Source: an uncultured Gammaproteobacteria bacterium (lineage in GTDB: Bacteria > Patescibacteriota > Patescibacteriia > Magasanikbacterales > GWA2-37-8). Taken from it: a stretch of 64,000 nucleotides of DNA. The notes beneath the pieces were generated by a model. That model did not search any database and was not told the origin of the DNA. It was given only the letters and a program-made list of their open reading frames with translations. The DNA lies in assembly GCA_964540825.1 (NCBI GenBank), contig CAZINT010000001.1, forward strand, positions 69,315 through 133,314. The letters are read 5' to 3'. Within the stretch, counting starts at the first letter, position 1. The number at the start of each line of letters is the position of its first letter. Of the stretch, positions 17,559 to 28,793 are shown in pieces. The translations under genes and the position numbers were made by a program.

Positions 17559-18533
17559 TTATTTTATTTTTTTCAAAAAGTCAGATAATTGTGGGGGTAG
17601 CGGTGACTCGAACACTTGATAGTTTCCTTCGAGATCAACGAAGCCTAATTTAGTAGAATGTAAAAACAGGCGCCCGAGCTCATCGTCCCAGCGGTGTTTA
17701 CGTTTTTTTTGAAAGTAGAGTGGGTCGCCGACAACGGGGTGATTATACGCCAGCATGTGCGCTCGAATCTGGTGCATGCGGCCGGTATGAATTTTGACTT
17801 TGAGAAGTCCAAAATTAACAAAACGTTTTTCAATCAAGAATTCAGTTTTGGCTTCTTTGCCTACGGCGTTAACTTTGCCGCGCATCATTTCGGGGTGCGC
17901 CGCCATGCGGTCATTATTTTGCGAGCGAGAAAGCGGAAAATTAATTTCGTCCCAATCCTTGGCTACTTTGCCGTGTACGAGCACGGAGTACTCCTTTTCA
18001 ATCGTGCGTTTTTTAAATTGCGCTTTGAGGTGGTCAAACATTTTCTGCGTGCGCGCGACAACAAGGAGGCCTGAAGCATCTTTATCGAGACGATGCACGA
18101 TACCGGGGCGTTTTGGATCGTCACCAACTTTTTTAATTTCCGGATATTTTTTACTTAAAATCGAAGCAACCGAATTTTTTTCCTGAGCCTGAGTAACGTG
18201 GGTAAGAAGCCCGGTTGGTTTATTAACAACAATATAATCAGGCGTTTCAGCAATTATTTCTAATTTTGGCTCAGTTTTGGAAACCGCTTTCTTTTGAGTC
18301 GGTGTAGGGGTTGCCGGGGCCGCGACAGGTTCAATGAAAGTTATTTTTGCTCCGGCCGATACCAAATCACCAGCCTTGCGGGGCAGTTTACCGTTTACCT
18401 GAACACATTCTTCCTCTATCATTTTTTGTACTTGTGAGCGGCTAATATTAAGCTTTTCGGCTAAAAAAACATCCAGCCGCCGAGCGGCTGTTTCAGGGGT
18501 GATGATAATTGTATCAGGAGTTTTTTTAACCAT
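17559..18533 (-). CDS. RluA-family 23S rRNA pseudouridine synthase (RluD-like) with an S4 domain
   Basis: HRLDKDASGLLVVA catalytic motif. N-terminal S4-like region. Confidence 0.8.
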   Translation of the reverse strand: MVKKTPDTIIITPETAARRLDVFLAEKLNISRSQVQKMIEEECVQVNGKLPRKAGDLVSAGAKITFIEPVAAPATPTPTQKKAVSKTEPKLEIIAETPDYIVVNKPTGLLTHVTQAQEKNSVASILSKKYPEIKKVGDDPKRPGIVHRLDKDASGLLVVARTQKMFDHLKAQFKKRTIEKEYSVLVHGKVAKDWDEINFPLSRSQNNDRMAAHPEMMRGKVNAVGKEAKTEFLIEKRFVNFGLLKVKIHTGRMHQIRAHMLAYNHPVVGDPLYFQKKRKHRWDDELGRLFLHSTKLGFVDLEGNYQVFESPLPPQLSDFLKKIK

Positions 18534-18665
18534 ACATGTGTACGTGCACGTTAGCATAGCTCATTCAAGCCAAAAATACAAGTTGTGAAGCCTCTTGACA
18601 CTGCTTTTAAAAGGCTCGTTTAAAAGCGTAAAAAATGCTATACTTAAACTAATTTTAGAGTATTT

Positions 18666-18712
18666 GTGCCTGAATGCATCTCTCTTTGATTCAGGCACTG
18701 CAAAGAGAGGGG
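18666..18712 (+). promoter_or_regulatory. leader RNA element: 10-bp hairpin GUGCCUGAAU/AUUCAGGCAC whose loop (CUCUCUUUG) is complementary to the downstream RBS region CAAAGAGAGGGGG. Forms a pseudoknot and could sequester the RBS
   Basis: Complementarity read directly. TGcTATACT promoter at 18636-18644. Confidence 0.4.
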
Positions 18713-18721
18713 GTGATTTCT

Positions 18722-18961
18722 GTGGGTAGCAAAAAAGCACTTCATATGATCACGTTTCTTTTACTGGTGATCGGTGGTTTAAATTGGTTATTAGTAGGTT
18801 TATTTAGTTGGGATGTCGGCATGCTCTTTGGCGGCATGGGCGCAACAATTTCGCGAATTATCTACGTTTTAGTTGGTTTGTCCGCCATTTACGTTTTAGC
18901 AACGCATAAGGGCGATTGCAAAATGTGTGGCAACAGTATGGGGATGAAGTCTCCAATGTAG
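18722..18961 (+). CDS. DUF378 family small membrane protein
   Basis: GGLNWLLVGLF...RIIYVLVGLSAIY matches DUF378. GTG 18722 has the GAGGGGG RBS. ATG 18746 is an alternative start. Confidence 0.65.
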   Translation: MGSKKALHMITFLLLVIGGLNWLLVGLFSWDVGMLFGGMGATISRIIYVLVGLSAIYVLATHKGDCKMCGNSMGMKSPM

Positions 18962-18980
18962 TCTATAGTTTTACAAAAAT

Positions 18981-19007
18981 AAAAATCCGCCAATGGGGCG
19001 GGTTTTT
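18981..19007. terminator. intrinsic terminator
   Basis: AAAAATCCGCCAATGGGGCGGGTTTTT. Confidence 0.75.
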
Positions 19008-19017
19008 ATTTTTAAAA

Positions 19018-19306
19018 TTATTTAAGGAGCGGCATAATTGGTCTGGTGCCACCCGACGGTTTAATTGGCCCGCCAATTCCACCTTTTTTGAGTGTTTGAG
19101 CAATGCTCCCAACGGCGTGGCTGCCAGCGCCTTCGCTCGATCCGTGCATGCTAGTCGAATCGCCGACTTGGTAAATGTGGGATGACTCGTGCATTTGGCT
19201 GATGCTGGTTAGGCCTTTTGGGGTGCTTGGTGTGCTCGGTCGTCCAAGGCTGCCGCCGATGCCGACGGTGTTAGTGGGACGTCGAAGTGGGGGAGTAATT
19301 GCCATA
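19018..19306 (-). CDS. hypothetical low-complexity Gly/Ser/Pro/Thr-rich protein inside a GC-rich segment next to tRNA-Ile. Coding status doubtful
   Basis: Longest frame in a GC-elevated stretch. No clear RBS. A plus-strand hairpin plus T-run at 19058-19092 lies inside it. Confidence 0.25.
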
Positions 19307-19331
19307 TACTCTAGGTTATGGATAAAAAATG

Positions 19332-19404
19332 TGCGCCCAGATGGAATTGAACCATCGACATCCACCTTATAAGGGTGGCGCTCTAACCCCTGAGCTATGG
19401 GCGC
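19332..19404 (-). tRNA. tRNA-Ile with anticodon UAU (reads AUA); CCA not encoded
   Basis: Manual fold. Acceptor GCGCCCA/UGGGCGC, D-stem GCUC/GAGC, anticodon stem CCACC/GGUGG with loop CUUAUAA, T-stem GAUGG/CCAUC with loop UUCAAUU, discriminator A. Confidence 0.8.
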
Positions 19405-19519
19405 GTTGTAACAGGCCTTACACGTAGTGCGCAAAAGTGCCGTTAGTATACCAGGTACTTAATCTTTTTCAAGCAGGTTGGCGGGTTGCTAAACACACGT
19501 AAAATTGGTACTATAAAGA

Positions 19520-20038
19520 GTGATTATGAGCCTTAACACCCGTCTTTTTTTTAAGATAAATTCACTCGTCGGCCGAAATAGGGTCTTCGATTTTTTTGGT
19601 AAAGTCGGCGCCGAATACGTTATCATAGCAATGGCCGGGTACTTTGGAGCAGTTATTTTAATTCAAAATTGGCCAGATTATATTACTTCATTTGGAAAAT
19701 TACTCTTTACGCTATGTGCGTGGTCATTTGGGTGGCTTATTAACTTGGGTGTTGGAAAAATCGTTCGAGAACCGCGGCCGCATATTACCTATCCCAAGAG
19801 TAAGCTTTTATTTTCCCCTCTGATGTCGTGGAAGTCGTTTCCTTCGGATCACAGCATGTCAGCTTGGCTGCTCGTTTTCATGGCGCTAGTTCTTCAAATT
19901 CCTTTTGCCGTACTCTTGCTTGGAGCAGTCTGGGTTTCGTGGGGTAGGGTATTTGCCGGCGTCCACTATCCTTTAGATGTGGTGGGGGGAATATCTACGG
20001 CAGGATTGGTAACAGTCCTTTTTTATTTTTTAGCGTAA
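19520..20038 (+). CDS. PAP2-family membrane phosphatase (undecaprenyl-diphosphatase-like)
   Basis: KxxxxxxRP (REPRPH), PSDHS and VHYPLDVVGG motifs. Confidence 0.75.
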   Translation: MIMSLNTRLFFKINSLVGRNRVFDFFGKVGAEYVIIAMAGYFGAVILIQNWPDYITSFGKLLFTLCAWSFGWLINLGVGKIVREPRPHITYPKSKLLFSPLMSWKSFPSDHSMSAWLLVFMALVLQIPFAVLLLGAVWVSWGRVFAGVHYPLDVVGGISTAGLVTVLFYFLA

Positions 20039-20099
20039 GTAATTATATATGTCAGAGTCAAAGAATCCGGTCGGTACAAAAAATTAAGATTTTATTGTT

Positions 20100-21191
20100 T
20101 TGAGTATGAATATTGTTATATTGGCTGGGGGGCAGGGGACACGTTTGTGGCCGCTCGGACGCAAAAATAATCCGAAACAATTTTTTCCGATGATCAGCAA
20201 AAAACCGCTGGTCAAAGAAACATATGATCGTTTCGTAAAGCGTTTTGGAAAGAAAAAAATATTTTTCTCGGTTACTCAAGAACTGGTGCCGTATCTTAAA
20301 AAGATTTTCCCCAGTGTTCCTAAAGAGCAGTTTATTGTAGAGCCAAGCCGTCGCGATACGGCGCCGGCAATGGGGTATGTGGCGGCAAATCTGTTTCTAA
20401 CTCATCCTGATGAACCAATGGTGTTTGTCCCGGCAGACCATTTTATTGCTGATCAGCAAAAATTTCTAGACTGCCTTTCCATTGGTGAACAGCTTGTTGC
20501 TAAGACAGGAAAATTATTGGATATTGGCATAACGGCCACATTTCCAAGCACGGTGCTGGGTTATACGAAAATTGGTAAATTGTTGGAAAAGAAAGAAGGT
20601 ATAGAGATTTTTCGTTTTGAGGGGCATACCGAAAAACCTGATTTAAAAAGAGCGACAAAATATGTCACGAGCGGGCAATACTTGTGGCACGGCAATTATT
20701 ACATGTGGACCCCGCGTTCTTTTTTAGCGGCTTTTGAGCGATATCAGCCCAAGATGTCACTAGTGCTTGAAAGTATCGTGTCAGCTCTTGCAAATAAGCA
20801 GTTCAAAAATATACCTGGCCTTTATGATCAGCTTGATAAAAACGCTTTTGATTATGCAATAACTGAAAAAATTTCCAAAAAAGATGTCCTTATCGTCAAA
20901 GGTGAATTTGGCTGGAGTGATATTGGCGCGTGGGATGTGCTGCACGAACAACTCCGTGAGCCAGAAGGAGATGCTAGTGGTAATGTGATAAAGGGAAATG
21001 TTGTGCATATTGATACAACCAATTGTTTGATCTACGGTGAAGAAAAACACATTGTTGCGGCAGTGGGCCTCGATAATATTATTATTGTTGATACCCCAGA
21101 CGCACTTTTGGTGTGCCCCAAAAATCGCGCCCAAGATGTAAAAAAATTATTACCTGAGATTGAGAAACGAGGTTTAAAGAAATATTTATAA
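20100..21191 (+). CDS. sugar-1-phosphate nucleotidyltransferase (mannose-1-phosphate guanylyltransferase-like)
   Basis: N-terminal LAGGQGTRLWPL nucleotidyltransferase motif. Confidence 0.75.
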   Translation: MSMNIVILAGGQGTRLWPLGRKNNPKQFFPMISKKPLVKETYDRFVKRFGKKKIFFSVTQELVPYLKKIFPSVPKEQFIVEPSRRDTAPAMGYVAANLFLTHPDEPMVFVPADHFIADQQKFLDCLSIGEQLVAKTGKLLDIGITATFPSTVLGYTKIGKLLEKKEGIEIFRFEGHTEKPDLKRATKYVTSGQYLWHGNYYMWTPRSFLAAFERYQPKMSLVLESIVSALANKQFKNIPGLYDQLDKNAFDYAITEKISKKDVLIVKGEFGWSDIGAWDVLHEQLREPEGDASGNVIKGNVVHIDTTNCLIYGEEKHIVAAVGLDNIIIVDTPDALLVCPKNRAQDVKKLLPEIEKRGLKKYL

Positions 21192-21195
21192 ACCT

Positions 21196-22080
21196 ATGTC
21201 TTTTAATACCAAGGCAATCATATTTTCTTTAGTCATTTTCGTTGCTGTTCCGCTGGTAGGTTGGCACTATTATCGCAAGCTTCATCCTGTATACGTGCCC
21301 GTGCCAATTCCGCCTCGTCCAGAAGTTACCATCACGCTTTTACCGGGTTGGAACCTTCGCCAAATTGGTGATTATTTAGTGCAAATGAAACTTGCGAGCT
21401 CCACCCAGGATCTCTATGATTTAGTAGGCGAACCGGCTGTCCTTAGAACGCGCCGCGCCGGGCCACCACCAAACCTTGTTCCCGAGCTTACGACACTCAG
21501 CCGAAAACCGGCGACGGTTTCATATGAAGGCTACCTGGCACCCGAGACATATCGGGTATTTAAGGACGCGAGCCTAGAAAGCATTGTTACAAAAGTGATG
21601 GGTCAACGTGAGCGGGAACTGGTTGATCTTAAAATTGGAGAACTGGATATTAGCCAACATGTTTTTGGTAGTAAAAAAGGCATATCAGATCTGACGGTCC
21701 ATGATGTTATGACGATGGCGAGTATCTTAGAGCGAGAAGCGCGCACTCCGGAAGATAAAAAAATTGTTGCCGATATTATGTGGCGACGGGCAGCGGCTGG
21801 AGCTGCGCTTCAGATTGATTCAAGTGTTCATTATGTTGTGGACCGCCTCGGCGATGTTTTTACCACCGACAAAGAACGTGATGTTGATTCACTCTGGAAT
21901 ACCTATAAATATCCCGGACTTCCGCCCGGCCCAATTTCTAACCCGAGTGTAGTGTCTATCAAGGCTGCGCTTGACCCGACACCGAACGATTATTGGTATT
22001 TTTTGAGCGGGAGCGATGGGGCAATGCATTATGCCAAGACACTTGAGGAGCATAATCAAAATAGAGTTAAGTATCTTTAA
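21196..22080 (+). CDS. mltG: endolytic murein transglycosylase MltG (YceG family)
   Basis: N-terminal TM. EGYLAPETY, ASILEREA, TYKYPGLPPGPISNP and the C-terminal HYAKTLEEHNQN motifs match YceG/MltG. Confidence 0.8.
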   Translation: MSFNTKAIIFSLVIFVAVPLVGWHYYRKLHPVYVPVPIPPRPEVTITLLPGWNLRQIGDYLVQMKLASSTQDLYDLVGEPAVLRTRRAGPPPNLVPELTTLSRKPATVSYEGYLAPETYRVFKDASLESIVTKVMGQRERELVDLKIGELDISQHVFGSKKGISDLTVHDVMTMASILEREARTPEDKKIVADIMWRRAAAGAALQIDSSVHYVVDRLGDVFTTDKERDVDSLWNTYKYPGLPPGPISNPSVVSIKAALDPTPNDYWYFLSGSDGAMHYAKTLEEHNQNRVKYL

Positions 22081-22097
22081 GTTTTATTTATAGTAGT

Positions 22098-23831
22098 ATG
22101 GAACGTCCGCGCGGCCGATTGTCAGATTCACCCCCGTTATCTTCGGAGTTAATCCGACAAAAAGAATTGGAATATAAAGAAAAGGATGAAATGCTGGCGG
22201 CCGAGCATAGTCATCGCGAAGGTATTTTTCAGCTTTATCTGGAGCGGTTTTTGAAAAGTTCACTCCAGCATAAAGAAGGTTTGATCAAATCATTTAACGA
22301 CGATCTTGATGATAGTTTGGGAGAACAGATAGTAAAACTTCAGCGTCAGTTCGCAGCCATCGTTAAGAGTATTGGTGGTAAAGAAGGTGTGCCAACAGAA
22401 GTTGTTGAAAAATACCAAAAAATTATTTTTGAGTATACGCTTGCGCGTCAGGAATCATGCAACGATGATCAACGCCTTAGTGAGATAAGTGTTGAACTGT
22501 GCGGGAACAGTACTCCTCCCTCAAAAGGAAAAACTCTTTTTCACGAGCATCTGGGCCGTATGCCTCAAGGAATGATCGATGCTGTTCATGAAGAAGCTTA
22601 TTTTATTGTGACCTGTCATACGGCTGAAGATTATTACGCTCTTCGTCCTAGGCAGCGAGAGGATATTCAGAGTGGTGGAAGTTATCATCGTTCTTTTATT
22701 CTACCATTTGAAGCTGAATTAGCTCCTCGAATTTTATTGGTAAATGCCTCAGATGACCTCAATTCCTTGTCTCAGGAGCGAATCGTGCTCCACGAGCGCC
22801 AACATTTTATTAACGACATCCTTTTCAATGTTCAGGATAGAATTAAGGATGAAATTGTGGCATATATCCGAGATATGAGTTCAGGAAAGGAGTTGGTGCG
22901 AGCCTTAAATGAACCTCTCTATAAAGATCTTTTTGCTAAACTTGAAGGTAAGCAGTTAATAAAAGTCAGGCTTTTGATTGATGAGGTTGGTGGTCTGCTT
23001 GATAAAATTGATCATCTCGCAGGTGCAGCTACATGGGGGCATGTTGGATCTGAACGTCAGTCTCAAATTCGAGCAGTAATTGTGGGACAATTAACCCAAG
23101 GGACAATAGAAGAACTAGTTGAAAAACTTCGTCAGATAGAAAAATTTTACCGGCTACGCGCTCAAGAGATTGACCGGGGGATTAGTGCTATGATTGATTT
23201 TAGCACCCTTGATTTTATAGCTTTTAACGGGGTTCAGGAAGGAATTATATTCCCGCGCGCTTATCAGGCGCACGTTAAAAAATATCTTCACGCTCAGTCC
23301 ACTTGGGAAGATGCCAAACGCCGTGCTCTAGAAGACCATTTTTTTGACCCGCGTTCGACTGCCACCATGCTTGCTGAATTAAAACCTTTTGCTCAAAAAT
23401 ATAAGGAAACCCGCGCACCTCTTCTTCGAGATGGCATAAGTATTCCTTTTGGCTCGCTGGAGTGTCGCGTAGAATCTTTGCGAGACGGCATCTATATGGG
23501 TCGAGATCCAGGTAACTCGCTTGCAGCTGTGCGAAGGTCTGAGAATATTTTGGATGCCTTTACAAAACTTTCTCACGAAGAACTCGTTACCATGATTCAT
23601 GCAAAAGATACTCGAGTACCGGCACAAAGTCCTGAGACTGAATTTGTAAAAAATATTTTAGCGAAAGAGAATGTTTTTCCGGAAAGTATTGAAGTGTATG
23701 GTAAAGAAGACCAGCACGAAATAGTATTTTTGATTTACTATTATATATCTCAAAAACCTGACTCCACAGTGACGTTTAATTTTACCGTTACTATTCCCAA
23801 GTTAGAAGGTTTTTTAGATATATATTATTAG
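22098..23831 (+). CDS. hypothetical cytoplasmic protein, 577 aa, no recognised domain
   Basis: Long uninterrupted frame with host-like composition. Contains an isolated HERQH (HExxH-like) pentapeptide of uncertain meaning. Confidence 0.6.
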   Translation: MERPRGRLSDSPPLSSELIRQKELEYKEKDEMLAAEHSHREGIFQLYLERFLKSSLQHKEGLIKSFNDDLDDSLGEQIVKLQRQFAAIVKSIGGKEGVPTEVVEKYQKIIFEYTLARQESCNDDQRLSEISVELCGNSTPPSKGKTLFHEHLGRMPQGMIDAVHEEAYFIVTCHTAEDYYALRPRQREDIQSGGSYHRSFILPFEAELAPRILLVNASDDLNSLSQERIVLHERQHFINDILFNVQDRIKDEIVAYIRDMSSGKELVRALNEPLYKDLFAKLEGKQLIKVRLLIDEVGGLLDKIDHLAGAATWGHVGSERQSQIRAVIVGQLTQGTIEELVEKLRQIEKFYRLRAQEIDRGISAMIDFSTLDFIAFNGVQEGIIFPRAYQAHVKKYLHAQSTWEDAKRRALEDHFFDPRSTATMLAELKPFAQKYKETRAPLLRDGISIPFGSLECRVESLRDGIYMGRDPGNSLAAVRRSENILDAFTKLSHEELVTMIHAKDTRVPAQSPETEFVKNILAKENVFPESIEVYGKEDQHEIVFLIYYYISQKPDSTVTFNFTVTIPKLEGFLDIYY

Positions 23832-23841
23832 TTTGATTTGT

Positions 23842-24960
23842 ATGCTCACAACTGATTTTGATTTTGAACTTCCGACTGATCGTATTGCTCAAACACCCAT
23901 TGAGCCGCGCGATCATTCACGCCTCATGGTAATCGATAAAAAAACGCATGAAGTTCACCATAAACATTTTTACGATATTCTTGACGATCTCAAATCAGGA
24001 GATCTTTTGGTTTGGAATAACTCCAAGGTTTTTAAAGCGCGTCTCTACGGCCGTATCATGCTCGACGAGGCAACTGATGGCCTTAAAAAAACAACCGGCA
24101 ACAGCAGTTCGCCATATTCAGATGTTATTTTGAATGTTCCGGAAGTGGAAGTTTTTTTGGTTCGCCCCATGCCCAATCCAGGTGTCTGGAAAGTGCTCGC
24201 AAAACCCGGCAAAAAATTGCGCCTGGGTATGAAAGTGGTTTTTGCCGAAGACTTTGCAGCCGAAATTCTATGCAAAGAAAAAGACGGAACGATTTTGGTG
24301 CAGTTTAATGAAGACGATTTCAGCGTGCGTGCCAAAGCTAATAAGTATGGTGAGGTACCGCTCCCGCCATATATTTCTAATGAACAAGCTCAAAGCCCGA
24401 CCGCGTCGATTGATGCTCGATACCAAACTGTCTATGCTAAAGAAGAAGGGTCTGTGGCGGCTCCAACCGCTGGATTCCATTTTACTCCGCAACTGATTCA
24501 AAAATTAAAAGCAAAAGGTATCCAGTTTGCCGAAGTCACACTTCACGTGGGGCTTGGTACATTTCTTCCCGTAAAAACCGACAACGTTGAAGAACACAAA
24601 ATGCATAGCGAATGGGTAGAGGTGACGAGTAAAAATGCCGACCTGATCAACGCTGCTAAAGCTGAAGGCAGACGAGTGGTCGCAGTTGGCACAACAACAG
24701 TGCGTACGCTTGAGGGCGTATATCAGACGTGCGGAGAATTAAAAGCGTTTTGTGGCGACATTAATATTTTCATCACACCTGGATTTGTGTTCAATGTTAT
24801 CGACGCGATGATCACTAATTTTCATTTACCAAAGTCGACGCTTCTCATGCTCGTAAGTGCGTTTGCGGGGGATAGGGAATTTATGCTGGAGTGTTATAGA
24901 AAAGCAGTGGAAGCTAAGTATCGCTTTTATAGTTTTGGGGATGCGATGTTTATAGTGTAA
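23842..24960 (+). CDS. queA: S-adenosylmethionine:tRNA ribosyltransferase-isomerase
   Basis: TDFDFELP N-terminus, GFHFTPQL, VAVGTTTVRTLE and TNFHLPKSTLLMLVSAF motifs. Contains an internal insertion. Confidence 0.85.
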   Translation: MLTTDFDFELPTDRIAQTPIEPRDHSRLMVIDKKTHEVHHKHFYDILDDLKSGDLLVWNNSKVFKARLYGRIMLDEATDGLKKTTGNSSSPYSDVILNVPEVEVFLVRPMPNPGVWKVLAKPGKKLRLGMKVVFAEDFAAEILCKEKDGTILVQFNEDDFSVRAKANKYGEVPLPPYISNEQAQSPTASIDARYQTVYAKEEGSVAAPTAGFHFTPQLIQKLKAKGIQFAEVTLHVGLGTFLPVKTDNVEEHKMHSEWVEVTSKNADLINAAKAEGRRVVAVGTTTVRTLEGVYQTCGELKAFCGDINIFITPGFVFNVIDAMITNFHLPKSTLLMLVSAFAGDREFMLECYRKAVEAKYRFYSFGDAMFIV

Positions 24961-24965
24961 AATAA

Positions 24966-24997
24966 TAAAAAAACCATCGTCTTTTGACGATGGTTTT
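24966..24997. terminator. bidirectional intrinsic terminator between queA and rplK
   Basis: AAAAAAACCATCGTCTTTTGACGATGGTTTTT. Confidence 0.8.
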
Positions 24998-25008
24998 TAT
25001 TTTTGAGT

Positions 25009-25434
25009 TTAACCTTCAACCTTCACACCCATCTGCTTAGCTGTTCCTTCAACCATGCTCATAGCTGCTTCAACTGTGTGGGCATTGAGGTCGGGCATTT
25101 TCTTTTCAGCAATTTCACGAACCTGAGCGCGGGTGATTTTGCCGACTTTTTCCTGGAGTGGTTTGCCGGAACCTTTTTTGATGCCAGCGGCTTTCTTGAT
25201 CATTTCAGCGACCGGCGCAGTCTTCATGATGAAGCTGTAGGTGCGATCGGCATAGACCGAGATGATCACCGGTACTACTTCGCCTTTTTTGTCTTGGGTC
25301 TTGTCGTTGAATTCTTTACAGAAACCAGCGATGTTAAGACCGTGCTGACCGAGGGCTGGACCGACTGGTGGGGCTGGGTTTGCAGCGCCGCCAACGATTT
25401 GGAGTTTGATTTGCGTAAGGACTTTTTTTGCCAT
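25009..25434 (-). CDS. rplK: 50S ribosomal protein L11
   Basis: [11 protein letters not shown] motif. Confidence 0.95.
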   Translation of the reverse strand: MAKKVLTQIKLQIVGGAANPAPPVGPALGQHGLNIAGFCKEFNDKTQDKKGEVVPVIISVYADRTYSFIMKTAPVAEMIKKAAGIKKGSGKPLQEKVGKITRAQVREIAEKKMPDLNAHTVEAAMSMVEGTAKQMGVKVEG

Positions 25435-25510
25435 AACGGAAATTAATTTTTAAATGTTGTAGTATCTAGGCTGAGAAGCCCCCGTTTGCACGGAGCAGCC
25501 TAGTTTATAC

Positions 25511-26056
25511 TTATACTTTTTTCGCTTGCAGCGCATCCAGTTCAACCGGTGTTTCGCGACCAAACATATTAACCATAACTTTAATGCGTCCGCGTTCGTG
25601 GTCAACATGGCTGATTTTACCTTCAAAGTTTTTGAAAGGACCATCGACGATGCGTACCATTTCATTCACTTCCATATCTACTTTTTGTTCTGGTTCGCTG
25701 CCATTGATGCGCTTCAAGAGCGAATCAACTTCTTTCTGATCGATCGGGGTTGGGGTAGTACCAGAGCCGATGAAACCGGTGACGTTTGGGGTGTTGCGGA
25801 CAACATACCACGAATCATCCGTCACAATCATTTCTACCAAGATGTATCCCGGAAAGATTTTTTCTTCCACCGAAGTCCGTTTGCCGTTTTTAATTTTAAT
25901 CTTCTTTTCTTTGGGAACGAGAACATTAAAAATTTTATCCTGCATATCGAATGATTCGATACGCTGGCTCAGATTACTTTTAACATTTTCTTCGTAGCCG
26001 CTGTAGGTGTGGAGCACATACCAGCGTCGTCCGAGGTTCAGGGTTTGCTTGGCCAT
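25511..26056 (-). CDS. nusG: transcription termination/antitermination factor NusG
   Basis: NGN domain (WYVLHTYSGYE) and KOW domain. Confidence 0.9.
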   Translation of the reverse strand: MAKQTLNLGRRWYVLHTYSGYEENVKSNLSQRIESFDMQDKIFNVLVPKEKKIKIKNGKRTSVEEKIFPGYILVEMIVTDDSWYVVRNTPNVTGFIGSGTTPTPIDQKEVDSLLKRINGSEPEQKVDMEVNEMVRIVDGPFKNFEGKISHVDHERGRIKVMVNMFGRETPVELDALQAKKV

Positions 26057-26093
26057 AGTTTTAAAAAGTCTCCTCCTTGGAGGACAGGTAAAA

Positions 26094-26288
26094 TTAACGA
26101 GAAATTAAAGCGGTAATGCCGGTAGAAAAGCCGTAGTCGAGTACTGCAAAGAATACAGCGAGACCGAGACTGAGGGCAATAACCAAAATACTATAGTTGA
26201 TAGTCTGTTCTTTTGTTGGCCAGGTCACCTTTTTCATTTCAGTGTATGACCCTACAAAATAGTTTTTGATTGAGGTAAAAAAGCTCAT
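26094..26288 (-). CDS. secE: preprotein translocase subunit SecE
   Basis: 64 aa with a single TM and the E(L/M)KKVxWP motif. Conserved secE-nusG-rplK order. Confidence 0.85.
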   Translation of the reverse strand: MSFFTSIKNYFVGSYTEMKKVTWPTKEQTINYSILVIALSLGLAVFFAVLDYGFSTGITALISR

Positions 26289-26371
26289 AAATATCAGGTT
26301 TTTTAAAACAGCCCTGGGGCTGTATTTACAAAGAGAATATACCGTATTGGTAATTATTTGTCAAGAGTAGC

Positions 26372-26398
26372 AAAAAGCCACCTAAAAGTGGCTTTTTG
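26372..26398 (-). terminator. intrinsic terminator downstream of gyrB
   Basis: AAAAAGCCACCTAAAAGTGGCTTTTTG. Confidence 0.7.
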
Positions 26399-26420
26399 TG
26401 CATAAATACCGGGATTTTCA

Positions 26421-28520
<2,100 letters not shown>

Positions 28521-28655
28521 TTAAGAGGCGTAAGTAACTAAATAGGACTTTGATTAAGTCGCTCTCATTCTATCATGCCCCGAAAGGCGAGGCAAGCAGC
28601 TCAGGCGGTGTTCCGGGTCCTTTGGAGGATTTACGAGGAAGTAGAATTTAGAATA

Positions 28656-28684
28656 TTGACATATTTTTAACTTTCCGCTAGAAT
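28656..28684 (+). promoter_or_regulatory. promoter TTGACA-N17-TAGAAT for rpsB, followed by a ~100-nt structured leader
   Basis: Read directly. The leader contains the CTCGATTTTTCGAG hairpin and a CCCTAGGG palindrome. Confidence 0.55.
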
Positions 28685-28793
28685 AAGCCTACTTTAATTA
28701 TCACTCATTAGCTCATTTCTCGATTTTTCGAGTAATTTTCCTCCCTAGGGCCACCCCAAGGGTAAGGCTAAGAGGCAGTAATAAGGAAAAAAT

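Noticed and set aside
19018-19434. 138-aa minus-strand ORF listed in the track
   Set aside because: It reads straight through the tRNA-Ile gene (19332..19404). Only the part downstream of the tRNA is retained as a low-confidence hypothetical.
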